Source: Spirochaetia bacterium | GTDB lineage: Bacteria; Spirochaetota; Spirochaetia; SZUA-6; Bin103 | DNA: 64,000 bases | Assembly (NCBI GenBank): GCA_965203905.1 | Contig: CBDBDQ010000005.1 | Location: forward strand, 1,664,001 to 1,728,000 | Direction: 5' to 3' | Shown: piece after piece, positions 29,988 through 39,461 of the stretch | Layout of the letters: each line of letters opens with the position of its first letter | Numbering within the stretch: position 1 is the stretch's first letter | Notes under the pieces: generated by a model | What the model saw: the letters and a program-made list of their open reading frames with translations, nothing else | Database searches by the model: none | What the model was told of the DNA's origin: nothing | Translations under genes and position numbers: made by a program

Positions 29988-32384
29988 TCATGGCGCGGGC
30001 GCCGCGGCGGCGCTGCGTGCCAGCGCCGCCTGCACCTGCTGCAGATCGGCGGCGCAGGCGTCGGCAGCGACACCGCTGGAAGGCACGGCCTCCGCGAGCA
30101 GCCGCAGGTGGGCAACGTCATCGGCGTACTGGGCGCAACGCCGCTGCCAGGCGCCGCGGGTCTTGGTGCACACCAGCGTGTACGGGCTACCCTTGCGCTC
30201 CGTCTGGTGGCGAATGTCGAGCCCGAGGCGGTCGATGACGCCATGGAGGTGGCGGCGCAACTCCTTGCGCAACGGGAGCCGCAGCGTGGTGGCCGCCGGG
30301 TCGTCGCAGAACGCTTGCAGGCGCTGACATTGGGGACAATTGCATGGGATTCTGGTCGCTATCACCCAGTCGACGGGTTCCTCCGGCGGCTGTGCGCTGC
30401 GCGCCAGAAGGCTCGACGCGGCATGCCGCCACAGCGCGGCGAACCCGGCGGGCGCCGCGGCGCCGCCGGCCATGCCGCAGATCTCCGCCGTCTCCGCCAA
30501 GGCTCTTGGCAGCGCCCGCTGCGGGGCCGCCGCCTCCGGGCATTCCATCAGCAGCCGGGCGGTCGCCTCCGCCTCCGCGGCCAGCCCGAGGCGCCAGGTG
30601 ACCAACAGCAGAGAGCGGATGGCCCGCGCGCTCAGCGGTCGGGCCTTGCCACGCCGCGCCCCCGGCTCGGCGCCTGCAGCGGATGCCACCGCCGCCGGGA
30701 ACACGGCGCTGGCGGCACGCGCTGCGGCCTCCAGTGAGGAACGCCGTGGCGCCTCCCCGTCAGCCGGCGACTGCTCCCGCTCGCACAGCAGCCATAACAG
30801 GTCGAGTGCGGCCTCCGGCTGGCGCGGGACATTCGCCGCCACGAACTCCGGCAGCCAGGCGTCGAGCGTGGCCGGGTCGGTGGATGTCGCCGTCGCCAAC
30901 AGATCATCGTTGTCGCCGCTCCCGTAGTGCGGCGTGGCGACCTCGCGCAGGAAGCGCCGGGTCGTGGCATCGTCGTTCAGCCGGCGAAGCAGGAGCAGCG
31001 CGGCCCGGCACGCCGCCTTGCGCGCCCCTTTCCGCCCCGGCGCCGGCCAGGCGTCGATGAGTTGCGCGGCCAACTCGAGGAGGCGCCGGCCGTGGTGCGC
31101 CGCGGGTTCGGTGCGCTCAAGCTCCTCGGCGACGTAGGCGACCGCGCCGTCGATGCCGCCGCGGGCAAGCGTCGCCACGGTGCGTGCCGCGGGCCATAGT
31201 ACCAGTGCCGCGCGCCGATAGGAGCGGGACAGCTCCACGCCCTCGTTGCCGGTCACGGTCGACTGCTGGTCGTCCGGTTGCGCGCCTTCCAGCGCCCCCT
31301 CCGGCAGCAGTTCTCCCGGCAGCAGTGGGAGCTCGCCGTAGTCGGGCCGCGTCCCGTTGGGAGCGACCCAGCCGTCCAGCGTCTGAGTGGAGGAGAACAC
31401 CTCCTCCATCTCCCAATCGTCGTCGTCATCATCCCAATCGGGAAAGCCGCCGGATTCGTCCGCGTAGCCGGATTCTTCGATACGCAGGACCGCCGCAACG
31501 AGCGCATGCTGCGTCCGTCGCGCCACCCGTGCCAGCACGCCGCCCACCGCGGCGTCGGTGTTCTTCAGCCCGTCGAAGGACAGCCCCGTCTCGCTGTAGT
31601 CGTGCTCCAGCAGCCACACCAGCTTGTCGCCGGCGGCGGAAGCCGCTTCCCAGTCGGCAAGGAGCGCGCCGATCTGCTCCTCCTGGGCGCCGAAGTCCGG
31701 GGCGGCCGGCAACGACGGACCGTTGCCCTGCAGCGTCAGACTGTAGACCAGGACGATTCGGTGGCCGGCGGTGACCTGCCGGACCTCGTGCACGCAGTCC
31801 GCGTAAAAGGCGGCAAAGGCGATTTCGGAAGGCTCCTCGGCGCGTAGGTCGACGACCGTCTCGCGCTGTCGATGGCGGATGATCAGTTCGCCTCCGGCGC
31901 CCGCCACCGGAAGGGACAGCACCAGGGTGGCGACCATTCCGTCCTCCTTCTCGGTGTCCCGGTGCGCGGCGAAGAACCCGCCTCGTTCGTAGATCAGCAG
32001 CTTGTACAGATGCGCACAGGTGCGTTCGGGCGGGCAGCCGAGTCCGGTGGCGGCGCGGACGACGATCTGCTCCAGGGTGTCGCGCCATGCGCCGCCCGCA
32101 ACGCGCAGCCGGGCCGCGTCGAACTGCCTGCAGGCGCGGACGGAAGGGTCCACCAGCGTCTGCTCGCCGCGGCCGTAGGGTGCCGGGGCCGCCGCGGCGT
32201 TCAGCGCGTGCGCCTGCTGCGCGGTGATGGGAAAGGAAAGCGGGCCGACTCCGTCGACTTCCACCAGCGGCATCGGTACGAATAGACGGCCCTGAGCGCA
32301 GTAATCGCCCGGCCGGTCGATCGCGCGCAGCAACGCTTCCAGCGGCGCCTGGTCCTCATTGTAGGCAACGTCCACGTCGGCCAT
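29988..32384 (-). CDS. Large 2OG-Fe(II) oxygenase domain protein
   Basis: YKLLIY..GGFF..HRD (HxD), GGEL, DCVHEV, R.VLVY; long helical C-terminal region with CNCPQC. Confidence 0.85.
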   Translation of the reverse strand: MADVDVAYNEDQAPLEALLRAIDRPGDYCAQGRLFVPMPLVEVDGVGPLSFPITAQQAHALNAAAAPAPYGRGEQTLVDPSVRACRQFDAARLRVAGGAWRDTLEQIVVRAATGLGCPPERTCAHLYKLLIYERGGFFAAHRDTEKEDGMVATLVLSLPVAGAGGELIIRHRQRETVVDLRAEEPSEIAFAAFYADCVHEVRQVTAGHRIVLVYSLTLQGNGPSLPAAPDFGAQEEQIGALLADWEAASAAGDKLVWLLEHDYSETGLSFDGLKNTDAAVGGVLARVARRTQHALVAAVLRIEESGYADESGGFPDWDDDDDDWEMEEVFSSTQTLDGWVAPNGTRPDYGELPLLPGELLPEGALEGAQPDDQQSTVTGNEGVELSRSYRRAALVLWPAARTVATLARGGIDGAVAYVAEELERTEPAAHHGRRLLELAAQLIDAWPAPGRKGARKAACRAALLLLRRLNDDATTRRFLREVATPHYGSGDNDDLLATATSTDPATLDAWLPEFVAANVPRQPEAALDLLWLLCEREQSPADGEAPRRSSLEAAARAASAVFPAAVASAAGAEPGARRGKARPLSARAIRSLLLVTWRLGLAAEAEATARLLMECPEAAAPQRALPRALAETAEICGMAGGAAAPAGFAALWRHAASSLLARSAQPPEEPVDWVIATRIPCNCPQCQRLQAFCDDPAATTLRLPLRKELRRHLHGVIDRLGLDIRHQTERKGSPYTLVCTKTRGAWQRRCAQYADDVAHLRLLAEAVPSSGVAADACAADLQQVQAALARSAAAAPAP

Positions 32385-32604
32385 CGTCAGACTCTCCTCG
32401 GATTTCGGATTATCAGTCGGGAACCCGAACGAGGGCAAACGGCGGCGGCCTGACGCCCCCTGACGCCCGCACGGTTCCCGGTGCCGAACGGACCGCCCTG
32501 CGAGACCACGGTCAGGCTCTGCGCCGCGCCGCCGCCCGCCACCGCCGCCGGCGCGGCAAAACGGCTCCGAGCGATCGCCGATTCATCGATGTGCATCGCC
32601 AACG

Positions 32605-34134
32605 TCACATGCCCCAGACCGTGACCGGTGCGCCGGCCCCGGGCGGCGCTTCGCGGCGGAAGATCTTCTGCTCCCAGCTTCGCTCCGGGGCGCGGTCGAA
32701 CACGATCAGTTGGCCCGCCTCCGCCGCGGACCGATCCACGTAGGCGCGCGTCTGGTCGATTCCCTCCGCGACGATCAGCAGGTCGTTCCGCCCCCGCCCT
32801 AGCGCGTACTCGCGCTCGATGCGCCCGCCGCCGTTCACGATGCGCTGCAGGTGCGCCTGCAGCAGCAACTGCGGGCCGGCCTCGTGGTACCGCTCGAAGC
32901 GCTGCACCCCCCGCTGCGCGGCCCTTCGGGGCTCGGAGTGCTCCCGGAAGAACGCCTGGAACGCCGCGATCAGCCCCGCCACGTCCAGACCGCCGTCCGC
33001 GTCCACGTACCACGCCATCCGCTGCGGCAGCGTCTCTTGCACCACGTAGTTCAGATGACGCGGCGCCACCTCCGCGTAGATCGGGTTGGCGACGCGCGGC
33101 GGGCCGTGCTGGGCCACCAGGCCCAGGTCGCGGACGTATGTCAGGTCTTCGTCCGAGCACGCGACCTCGTCCGCACCGGTCAGGATCGGTTCGATTACGC
33201 GCCGCACGCGTTCCTCGCGCAACTTGTTCCCCAGGTCGTCGATATGGGTGTCCCGGCGCAGGATCAGCCGCTCTTGCGCCTCCAGGATCGCGTCTGCAGT
33301 GATCGGGCGACCGCGGTCGCGGCCCGGCTTGTGGCGGAAGCAGGCGTCGTAGCACAGCGCGTTCACCAGCCACGGCTGGCCGCCGGTACGAGTCACGATC
33401 AGCTCCAGCGCCCCTTCAGTGAACGCCTGCCCGGTCTGCGCCGTGTGCTGCGCGATCAGGGCGCGGATCTCCTGCTCGGAGAAGTCGCCGAGTCGCAACG
33501 ACTCGGACTTGATGTTGAAGGCGCTGCCTCCGAGCACCAGGCGGTTCTCGGCGGTCGAATAGACGCGGTAGTCGCGCACGTCGCGCACGCCGCACAGGAC
33601 GATGCTGTGCGGGAAGCCGTCCGGGCGTTCGTCGTAGCCGGCGCGAAGCTGCCGCAGAACCGACAGCAGGGTGTCGCCGATCAACGTGTCGATCTCGTCG
33701 ATCAGCAGCACCAGCGGCCTGGGGTCGGCCTCGGCCCAGCGCGCGAGCACTTCGATCAGCGCGCCGTCCGCCCCCTCCTGTTCGAGCGCGGCATGGCGCA
33801 CCCGGTTCGGGGTCTCGTCACCCAACGCCCGGCGTGCCCGGCGCGCGAGTTCGCCGAGCATGGCGCGCATCGCCCGCGTCGTATCCTCGCGTCCGGCCGG
33901 GCCCACCTCGAAGTTGGCGTACACGCAACGCCAGTCGCCCACCTCGCCGGAGTTCAGCAGATCGCGCAGTGCAAGCAGCGCCGACGTCTTGCCGGTCTGG
34001 CGCGGCGCGTGCAGCACGAAGTACCGCTTGTCCCTTACGAGGCCGAACGTCTCGTCGAGATCGATTCGCTCCAGAGGCGGGATGTGGTAGTGGTCCGCCG
34101 CAACGATGGGACCGGCGGTGGCGAACGTGCGCAT
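32605..34134 (-). CDS. AAA-like ATPase with a degenerate C-terminal PD-(D/E)XK-like domain
   Basis: HAPRQTGKTS, LLIDEID, TGGQPWLVN; C-terminal EREYALGRGRNDLLI lacks a following ExK strand. Confidence 0.85.
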   Translation of the reverse strand: MRTFATAGPIVAADHYHIPPLERIDLDETFGLVRDKRYFVLHAPRQTGKTSALLALRDLLNSGEVGDWRCVYANFEVGPAGREDTTRAMRAMLGELARRARRALGDETPNRVRHAALEQEGADGALIEVLARWAEADPRPLVLLIDEIDTLIGDTLLSVLRQLRAGYDERPDGFPHSIVLCGVRDVRDYRVYSTAENRLVLGGSAFNIKSESLRLGDFSEQEIRALIAQHTAQTGQAFTEGALELIVTRTGGQPWLVNALCYDACFRHKPGRDRGRPITADAILEAQERLILRRDTHIDDLGNKLREERVRRVIEPILTGADEVACSDEDLTYVRDLGLVAQHGPPRVANPIYAEVAPRHLNYVVQETLPQRMAWYVDADGGLDVAGLIAAFQAFFREHSEPRRAAQRGVQRFERYHEAGPQLLLQAHLQRIVNGGGRIEREYALGRGRNDLLIVAEGIDQTRAYVDRSAAEAGQLIVFDRAPERSWEQKIFRREAPPGAGAPVTVWGM

Positions 34135-34251
34135 GGCGGCTCATTGTCACACGGCGCGGCGCGCCTGTCATCGCGCCGCACAGCACGTAGACTCCCGCGG
34201 TACGGCGACTGCACTCGCGTTGCTCACGGCGCCGGACCGCGCGTCGGACAG

Positions 34252-35785
34252 CTACTCCCGTTCGAACCCCTGGTCCGTGAAGTTGAGCGTACGGCTGTTC
34301 TCGGTGACGGTGCGCACGACGTGATCGGGAGCGCCGTCCGGGATCTCCGCCTGGATCTCCAGCGTGACGGTGACCTGGGCGCCTACCAGCCCGGCGAGAT
34401 GGGCGATCACTTCGTCGGCGATCTGGCTGGCGTCCCGGCCGACGCGGGTGGCGTCGAGGGCAACAGAACCGTGAAAGCGCTTTAGCAGGCGAGTTGGGCG
34501 ACGGACACGTGATCGCCGCGCCAGAGCGGCACACGGTCCAGCTCCATCCGCAAGAGTGTAGCGGCGTAAGCAGTCATGAGCCCGTCCTGCGCCCGCAGCC
34601 GGCGGGACGCGCGAACCGCAAGCGGGTCGGATCCCGTCAGGTTCAAGGGCTCCCACGACACCGCTCCATGCGTATCGGATTGTCCCGGTACCAGCAACCA
34701 CCGGTAGGTCTCGGGAATCCGCGTCGTCACCTCCGTTGCAGCCACATCGCGCTGCGTTTCCGCCTGACGCACCTGTTGCGGGGCGAGATTGAGATGCTCC
34801 TGCTCGCCGATGATCGACTCCCAGGCCAGAAAACGCCTCACCGCCTCGTCGAGCTCCTGGAGGCGGGTGGCGTCGGCGGCGAGAAACAGCAGCGTGTTGC
34901 GGTAGATGCGCGGTGAAGTACCGCGCGACTCCAGAATCGCCTGCGCCTGTTGGAGTGCGGAGCTCTCTCCGCCTCGGCTGTGAGGATACTCGATTCCGAT
35001 TACGACAAGCCGTGCGTCCATGTCGTCGGGCACGTCCTGGCCTGAGTGCGGCAAGGGGTGCACACGGCTGAAGTCTCCTCTCTGGCGCAGGTCGGACCGT
35101 ACCCGTTTGGCGATTTCGAGCACTACGCGGTCCGGATTGCGCCGCATCTGCTCGGCTCGATCTTCCGCCAGCTTGGTGACCGTGGGCTGGGTGGCGAACC
35201 AGTAGCGGGCGTTGTCCTCGTAGAGGTAGGTAGCGCCGGTCGCCAGCCGTCGGAGCGCATCCCCGAACACGGCCGGGGGCTCGGCCGGCATCACACGCAT
35301 CACACAGCCTAGCTTGACACGCCGGTCGTCGATCCCCCGCTGGGCAGCTCCGGTAGTGGGAGCGGAACCGAGGAAAATCGCCCGCGCAACGCGGCGACTG
35401 GCGGCGAACTTTCCCAGGTTCGGCTGGTCGCTGTCGACCCGCAGCGGCAGCGAGTCAGCGCCGTCGACATCTTTTCGATGATCGGCGTCCAGTTGTCGTC
35501 GAGGTACCGGGTCAGCTCCGACTGGATGCGCGCGTCTTCGAGCGCGATGCTGCCCGGCAGGATGAGCGGACTGCGGTCTCCTCGCTCCCATAGGTGATGA
35601 ATCACCGCCGCCATCAGACGCAGCACGCCGCGGGTGCGCTGGAACTTGCCCAGTGCCGACCAGTCGGTGTAGAGCCGATCGAATACCTCGGGATGGATCG
35701 GATAGGCGTCCTTGATCCGTTTTTCGTAGTCGGCCTCACGGCACTCGGCTGGGAACTCCTGCTGCTGCGCGCGGTACAGGTGCAG
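34252..35785 (-). pseudogene. DUF499-family ATPase remnant
   Basis: YPIHPEVFDRLYTDWS..GKFQRTRGVLRLMA and the C-terminal RFHGSV.LD..RVGRDA..IADEVI are split over three frames. The N-terminus and Walker A are missing. Confidence 0.8.
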
Positions 35786-35931
35786 CGCGGCAACATCGCC
35801 CCCGTCGACCTCGCTCAGGCCGCCATCGGTCCTGGGATGGCGGTATACAACCGCTACGCCAGGGTGCCCCATGATGCGAGTAAGACGTGCCGGTTTGTTG
35901 GTCAGTTATGCGCCGCCTGATGCCCATGCGG

Positions 35932-36456
35932 TCAACAAGCACGACGCGGCCGCCAGCGTGCCAGCCGTTTGTTCACCTCTGCTCCCGGCAGCCTGCACCG
36001 TGGATGATCGCTGATCGCTTTGAGCGCTGAATATAGCGTATCGTGATCGGTCACCTTGGCCGCCATCATCTCGTCGAGCAGCCACAGGACACCATGACAG
36101 ACGACACCCTCGGACACTGCCAGATTTCGAAGCACACGGTCTCCCGTAAGCAGCATCCAGCGGTTCCCCGTGGCGAGAGCAAGAGCAAAGGTGTCGACGA
36201 GGGACAGCGAGGGTCGCATGCGGCGATACTCGAGCGCGCGGGCAACTCCCTCTCCATCAAGTTCCGCCACCCGGAGCCCCCGCTTGCGCAACTCGGCTCC
36301 GCCGTACGGCCTCAGCTCGCGTTCGTACAGCAGATCGGGGACGATGAACACGATTGGAAGATCGAATACTGCCTCCAGGAGAGAACCGCGGGCCAAGTCC
36401 GTCAGCACGGAAGTATCGGAGACGGAGAGACGGGATTCGTGGTGTTCGGACTGCAA
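35932..36456 (-). CDS. PIN-domain protein
   Basis: SDTSVLTDL, PDLLYEREL, LSLVDTFAL.LA, LLTGDRVLR, HGVLWLLD. Start codon uncertain. Confidence 0.8.
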   Translation of the reverse strand: MQSEHHESRLSVSDTSVLTDLARGSLLEAVFDLPIVFIVPDLLYERELRPYGGAELRKRGLRVAELDGEGVARALEYRRMRPSLSLVDTFALALATGNRWMLLTGDRVLRNLAVSEGVVCHGVLWLLDEMMAAKVTDHDTLYSALKAISDHPRCRLPGAEVNKRLARWRPRRAC

Positions 36457-36471
36457 TCGATTGGTTGCCTG

Positions 36472-37536
36472 TTACTGCTGTGGGGGTTGCTCCATCCACT
36501 GGTGCAAGTCGCGTACGGACATACCCAGCAGTTCCGCAGCCTTCGCTTCGGAGATCACGTTCTCGGCCAACGCACGAGAGCAGAGGCGTTCAAAGCGTGA
36601 AGGCGACTCCGGTTTGATCGGCTGAGGCTCCCGGTATGGCGGGCTGCGCCAGCCAAACCTCGATATGTCACGAAACAGCCGCGTGTAGAGGACGTCGTTG
36701 ATGATACCGAGATCCCGGCAGCGATATACGATTGCCTGCACACTCACCCCGAACACCCGCTTCAGGTTGAACAGTTCGCTCCAGCCAATGGACGTGCGCC
36801 GTCTGCCGATCTCGGTGCGCACGGCATCCGCCGGCATGAGGAACGCTCCCGCGAACCGCTGAGCCGCCTTCTCCGAATCGACCTTGTCGTCAACCGTCAG
36901 AACCAAATGCCCCAGCTCGTGCGTGAGCGTGAACCGCTGGCGTTCTCCTGAGTGATTGCGGTTTACAACTATGACCGCATCGATCGCCTTGTTCCCGCGC
37001 CGTACGTATGCGGTCAACCCTCCGATATCGCTCAGCTCCAAAGCGAGCACCTTGATTCCGCACTCCTCCAGGAGTTCGACCACGCTCAGGATCGGCTTGC
37101 GTCCGAGATCCCAGTGGGTACGCAGGCTGATGGCCGCTTGCTCCACCTCAGACAGGTCGGCAACCACCGGATACGGCGCCTCACGTGGCTTGTCCCACTC
37201 CACGCTCGGCAGCGACAGGAGTCCCTCAACCGAGATATACCGCTCCAGGAGATCTATAACTCTCGCCTGAACAATAGTTTGCTCGCGCTTTCTCGTGATT
37301 GACTTCTTGCGGAACTCGACGGCCTCAAGCACCAAGTCCTGCTCGCTGGTCAGGTACTCGACGGACACTCCCAGGGCTTTGGCCAGCGCGATGAGCACGC
37401 CAGATCCCGGGATCGACTCGTTGCGCTCGTACTTGCCAATCGCTTGAGCCGTCACCCGACCGCCGATTCGCCCCTCCAGGGCGCGCAAGGACAGGCCGGC
37501 AGCAGACCGGGCCAGCTTCAGCCTAGTACCGATCAC
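36472..37536 (-). CDS. XRE-family HTH fused to an ImmA/IrrE (M78) metallopeptidase
   Basis: RLKLAR..AGLSL..L...VTAQAIGKYE HTH; RQRFTLTHELGH (HExxH); E..A.RFAGAFLMP; GGAGG RBS before GTG. Confidence 0.93.
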   Translation of the reverse strand: MIGTRLKLARSAAGLSLRALEGRIGGRVTAQAIGKYERNESIPGSGVLIALAKALGVSVEYLTSEQDLVLEAVEFRKKSITRKREQTIVQARVIDLLERYISVEGLLSLPSVEWDKPREAPYPVVADLSEVEQAAISLRTHWDLGRKPILSVVELLEECGIKVLALELSDIGGLTAYVRRGNKAIDAVIVVNRNHSGERQRFTLTHELGHLVLTVDDKVDSEKAAQRFAGAFLMPADAVRTEIGRRRTSIGWSELFNLKRVFGVSVQAIVYRCRDLGIINDVLYTRLFRDISRFGWRSPPYREPQPIKPESPSRFERLCSRALAENVISEAKAAELLGMSVRDLHQWMEQPPQQ

Positions 37537-37573
37537 GACTGCACCCTCCCCATCTCGGACGCGGTTGTATTGC

Positions 37574-37603
37574 TTGACAAGAATCACGCATGCATGATAG
37601 TAT
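37574..37603 (+). promoter_or_regulatory. Sigma-70-type promoter for the CBASS operon
   Basis: TTGACA (37574-37579), 18-nt spacer, extended -10 TGnTAGTAT (37595-37603) in the AT-rich divergent intergenic region. Confidence 0.7.
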
Positions 37604-37684
37604 GTAAACCAAATTAAATCGCCGTCCAGGGCAACGGCACACCGCATGCTGCGGGACGGGAGTCATTTGAAGAGAGGTACACAG

Positions 37685-39025
37685 ATGCGACTACACATGA
37701 ATGCCCCAGGGGCGCGCACCCCGCTGGCGACGCCGCCCGCGACAAGGGTAAACCACAACCCGCAGAATATCGACAGCAACGCACGGTACCAAGCGAATCC
37801 GCTTGACCTCCTGCTCGCCGACATCGCAATCCGCATCCAGCTTAGCCGCACGGACTACGCCAGGGCCGTCCAGCGGTACGAGAGCGTCAGTCAGTGGATC
37901 GAACGGGACAGGAGCCTGCTGCACGGCCTTGTCGAGCTGTTCTGCGCACAAGGGTCGATGGCCATCGGTGCGACGATTGCGGCGAGGGGCACCGACGAGT
38001 TCGACATCGACGTCGTGGTGCAGTTGCTATTGGCGGGCAACGTCTCGCCAGAGACTCCCCTGGACGTGCTGTATGAGGCGATCAGGGGAGAGCCGGGATC
38101 CCGGTACTATCGGATGACAAAGCGACGAACTCGTTGCGTGACTGTCGAATACGAGGATGGCATGCACATCGACTTCACACCGGCGGTTCGCCGCTGGGGC
38201 ACGCCGGACCGCGAAAGCTGGATCTTCCATCATCGGCCAGAAGCGCCTGACGAGCCATCAAGGCGGCTCGTCGCCAACCCGTACGGCTTCGCCGAATGGT
38301 ACACCGAGTGCACACCGCCGGATGGCCCATTTGTCGACTTTTACATGCAACGGGCCGACTCGTACGAACGAGCCTTGCTGAAAATCGAGGCGGATGCTGA
38401 GCCGGTGCCGCCTCAGCAACCAGCGCTCAAGAAGTCGAATGCCACTATTGCCTTGCAGCTCGTGAAGCGTTGGCGCAACGTACAATACGAATCGCGGTCA
38501 GGCCGACGCCCGCCGTCGATCATGATTGCGAAACTCGTTGCCGATGCAGCGAATCGAACGGATGGACTTGGAGAGGAACTGCTGATTCAGGCTGAGCACC
38601 TGTTAGCGAAGTTCCAAGCGGCCCAAAACCGAAACACCCTTGTCAGCATCGTCAATCCTGTGTGTCATCAAGATGTTCTGACCGATCGCTGGCCAGCAAC
38701 TCTTGCCGAGCAAGCAATATTCGTCAAGGATCTGACCGATTTGGTCGCCAAGCTCAAGAGACTGCATAGCGGGTGTGATCTCGGTGAGATGAAGAAGATA
38801 ATGGCAGGGCTATTCGGCGAGGCCCCCACGGAGCGCGTGTTCTCAGACTTCAACGATCGTATCGGCTCTACCGTAATCGATGGAAGTCGCCATATCCGAA
38901 GGACAGGCGGTCTGGCCGTACCGCTGAGACCAGCAAACGGAACTGGAGCTGCTGCGGCCGTAGCTGTTGCGTCCGCAAGAACCCCCAAACACACGTTCTA
39001 TGGTAATGAGGCTAACCACTTCTGA
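37685..39025 (+). CDS. CBASS cyclic oligonucleotide synthase (CD-NTase/SMODS)
   Basis: QGS..IGATI, DEFDIDVV (DxD), HIDFTP, ANPYGFAEW, LVKRWRN, PPSIM, NPV...D..TDRW, C-terminal HTFYG; GAGG RBS before ATG 37685. Confidence 0.92.
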   Translation: MRLHMNAPGARTPLATPPATRVNHNPQNIDSNARYQANPLDLLLADIAIRIQLSRTDYARAVQRYESVSQWIERDRSLLHGLVELFCAQGSMAIGATIAARGTDEFDIDVVVQLLLAGNVSPETPLDVLYEAIRGEPGSRYYRMTKRRTRCVTVEYEDGMHIDFTPAVRRWGTPDRESWIFHHRPEAPDEPSRRLVANPYGFAEWYTECTPPDGPFVDFYMQRADSYERALLKIEADAEPVPPQQPALKKSNATIALQLVKRWRNVQYESRSGRRPPSIMIAKLVADAANRTDGLGEELLIQAEHLLAKFQAAQNRNTLVSIVNPVCHQDVLTDRWPATLAEQAIFVKDLTDLVAKLKRLHSGCDLGEMKKIMAGLFGEAPTERVFSDFNDRIGSTVIDGSRHIRRTGGLAVPLRPANGTGAAAAVAVASARTPKHTFYGNEANHF

Positions 39026-39029
39026 TGCC

Positions 39030-39461
39030 ATGAATGTTCACCGCGACAAAAAGCTGATGCTCAGAACGTGGCCCGGTTTTCGGGTCTTGACCAGTACGAG
39101 CAGGCTCGTCCACTGGCGCGGCGAGCTTCAACCACTATGCCAGATCTACTCCGTTGAGATACGTCACCGCATTGGACGGCGACCTGGGTCTGCGTCTACC
39201 ACTCCGCAAGTGACGGTCGTGCAGCCACAATTGCGTCGTAGGGAAGAAGAACCGCACAAACCAATTCCCCATCACTACGCAAACAAGGAGAGTCCAGAAC
39301 TACCGTTTCTCTGTCTCTTTGATCCGGACACAACAGAGTGGAATCCGAGTATGCCGATCGCGACTACGATCGTACCTTGGACGATTGATTGGCTGGCTTG
39401 CTATGAGGGGTGGCTCGCTACTGGTGTTTGGACGGGGGGCGGTCGAGCACATGATGCGTAG
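39030..39461 (+). CDS. Stand-alone prokaryotic E2 (ubiquitin-conjugating fold) CBASS ancillary protein
   Basis: W.G.LQP....Y, IPHHY, LCLFDP (catalytic Cys), EW, TIVPWTIDWLACYEGWLATG.W.GGG. The start could instead be 39000 or 39006. Confidence 0.85.
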   Translation: MNVHRDKKLMLRTWPGFRVLTSTSRLVHWRGELQPLCQIYSVEIRHRIGRRPGSASTTPQVTVVQPQLRRREEEPHKPIPHHYANKESPELPFLCLFDPDTTEWNPSMPIATTIVPWTIDWLACYEGWLATGVWTGGGRAHDA

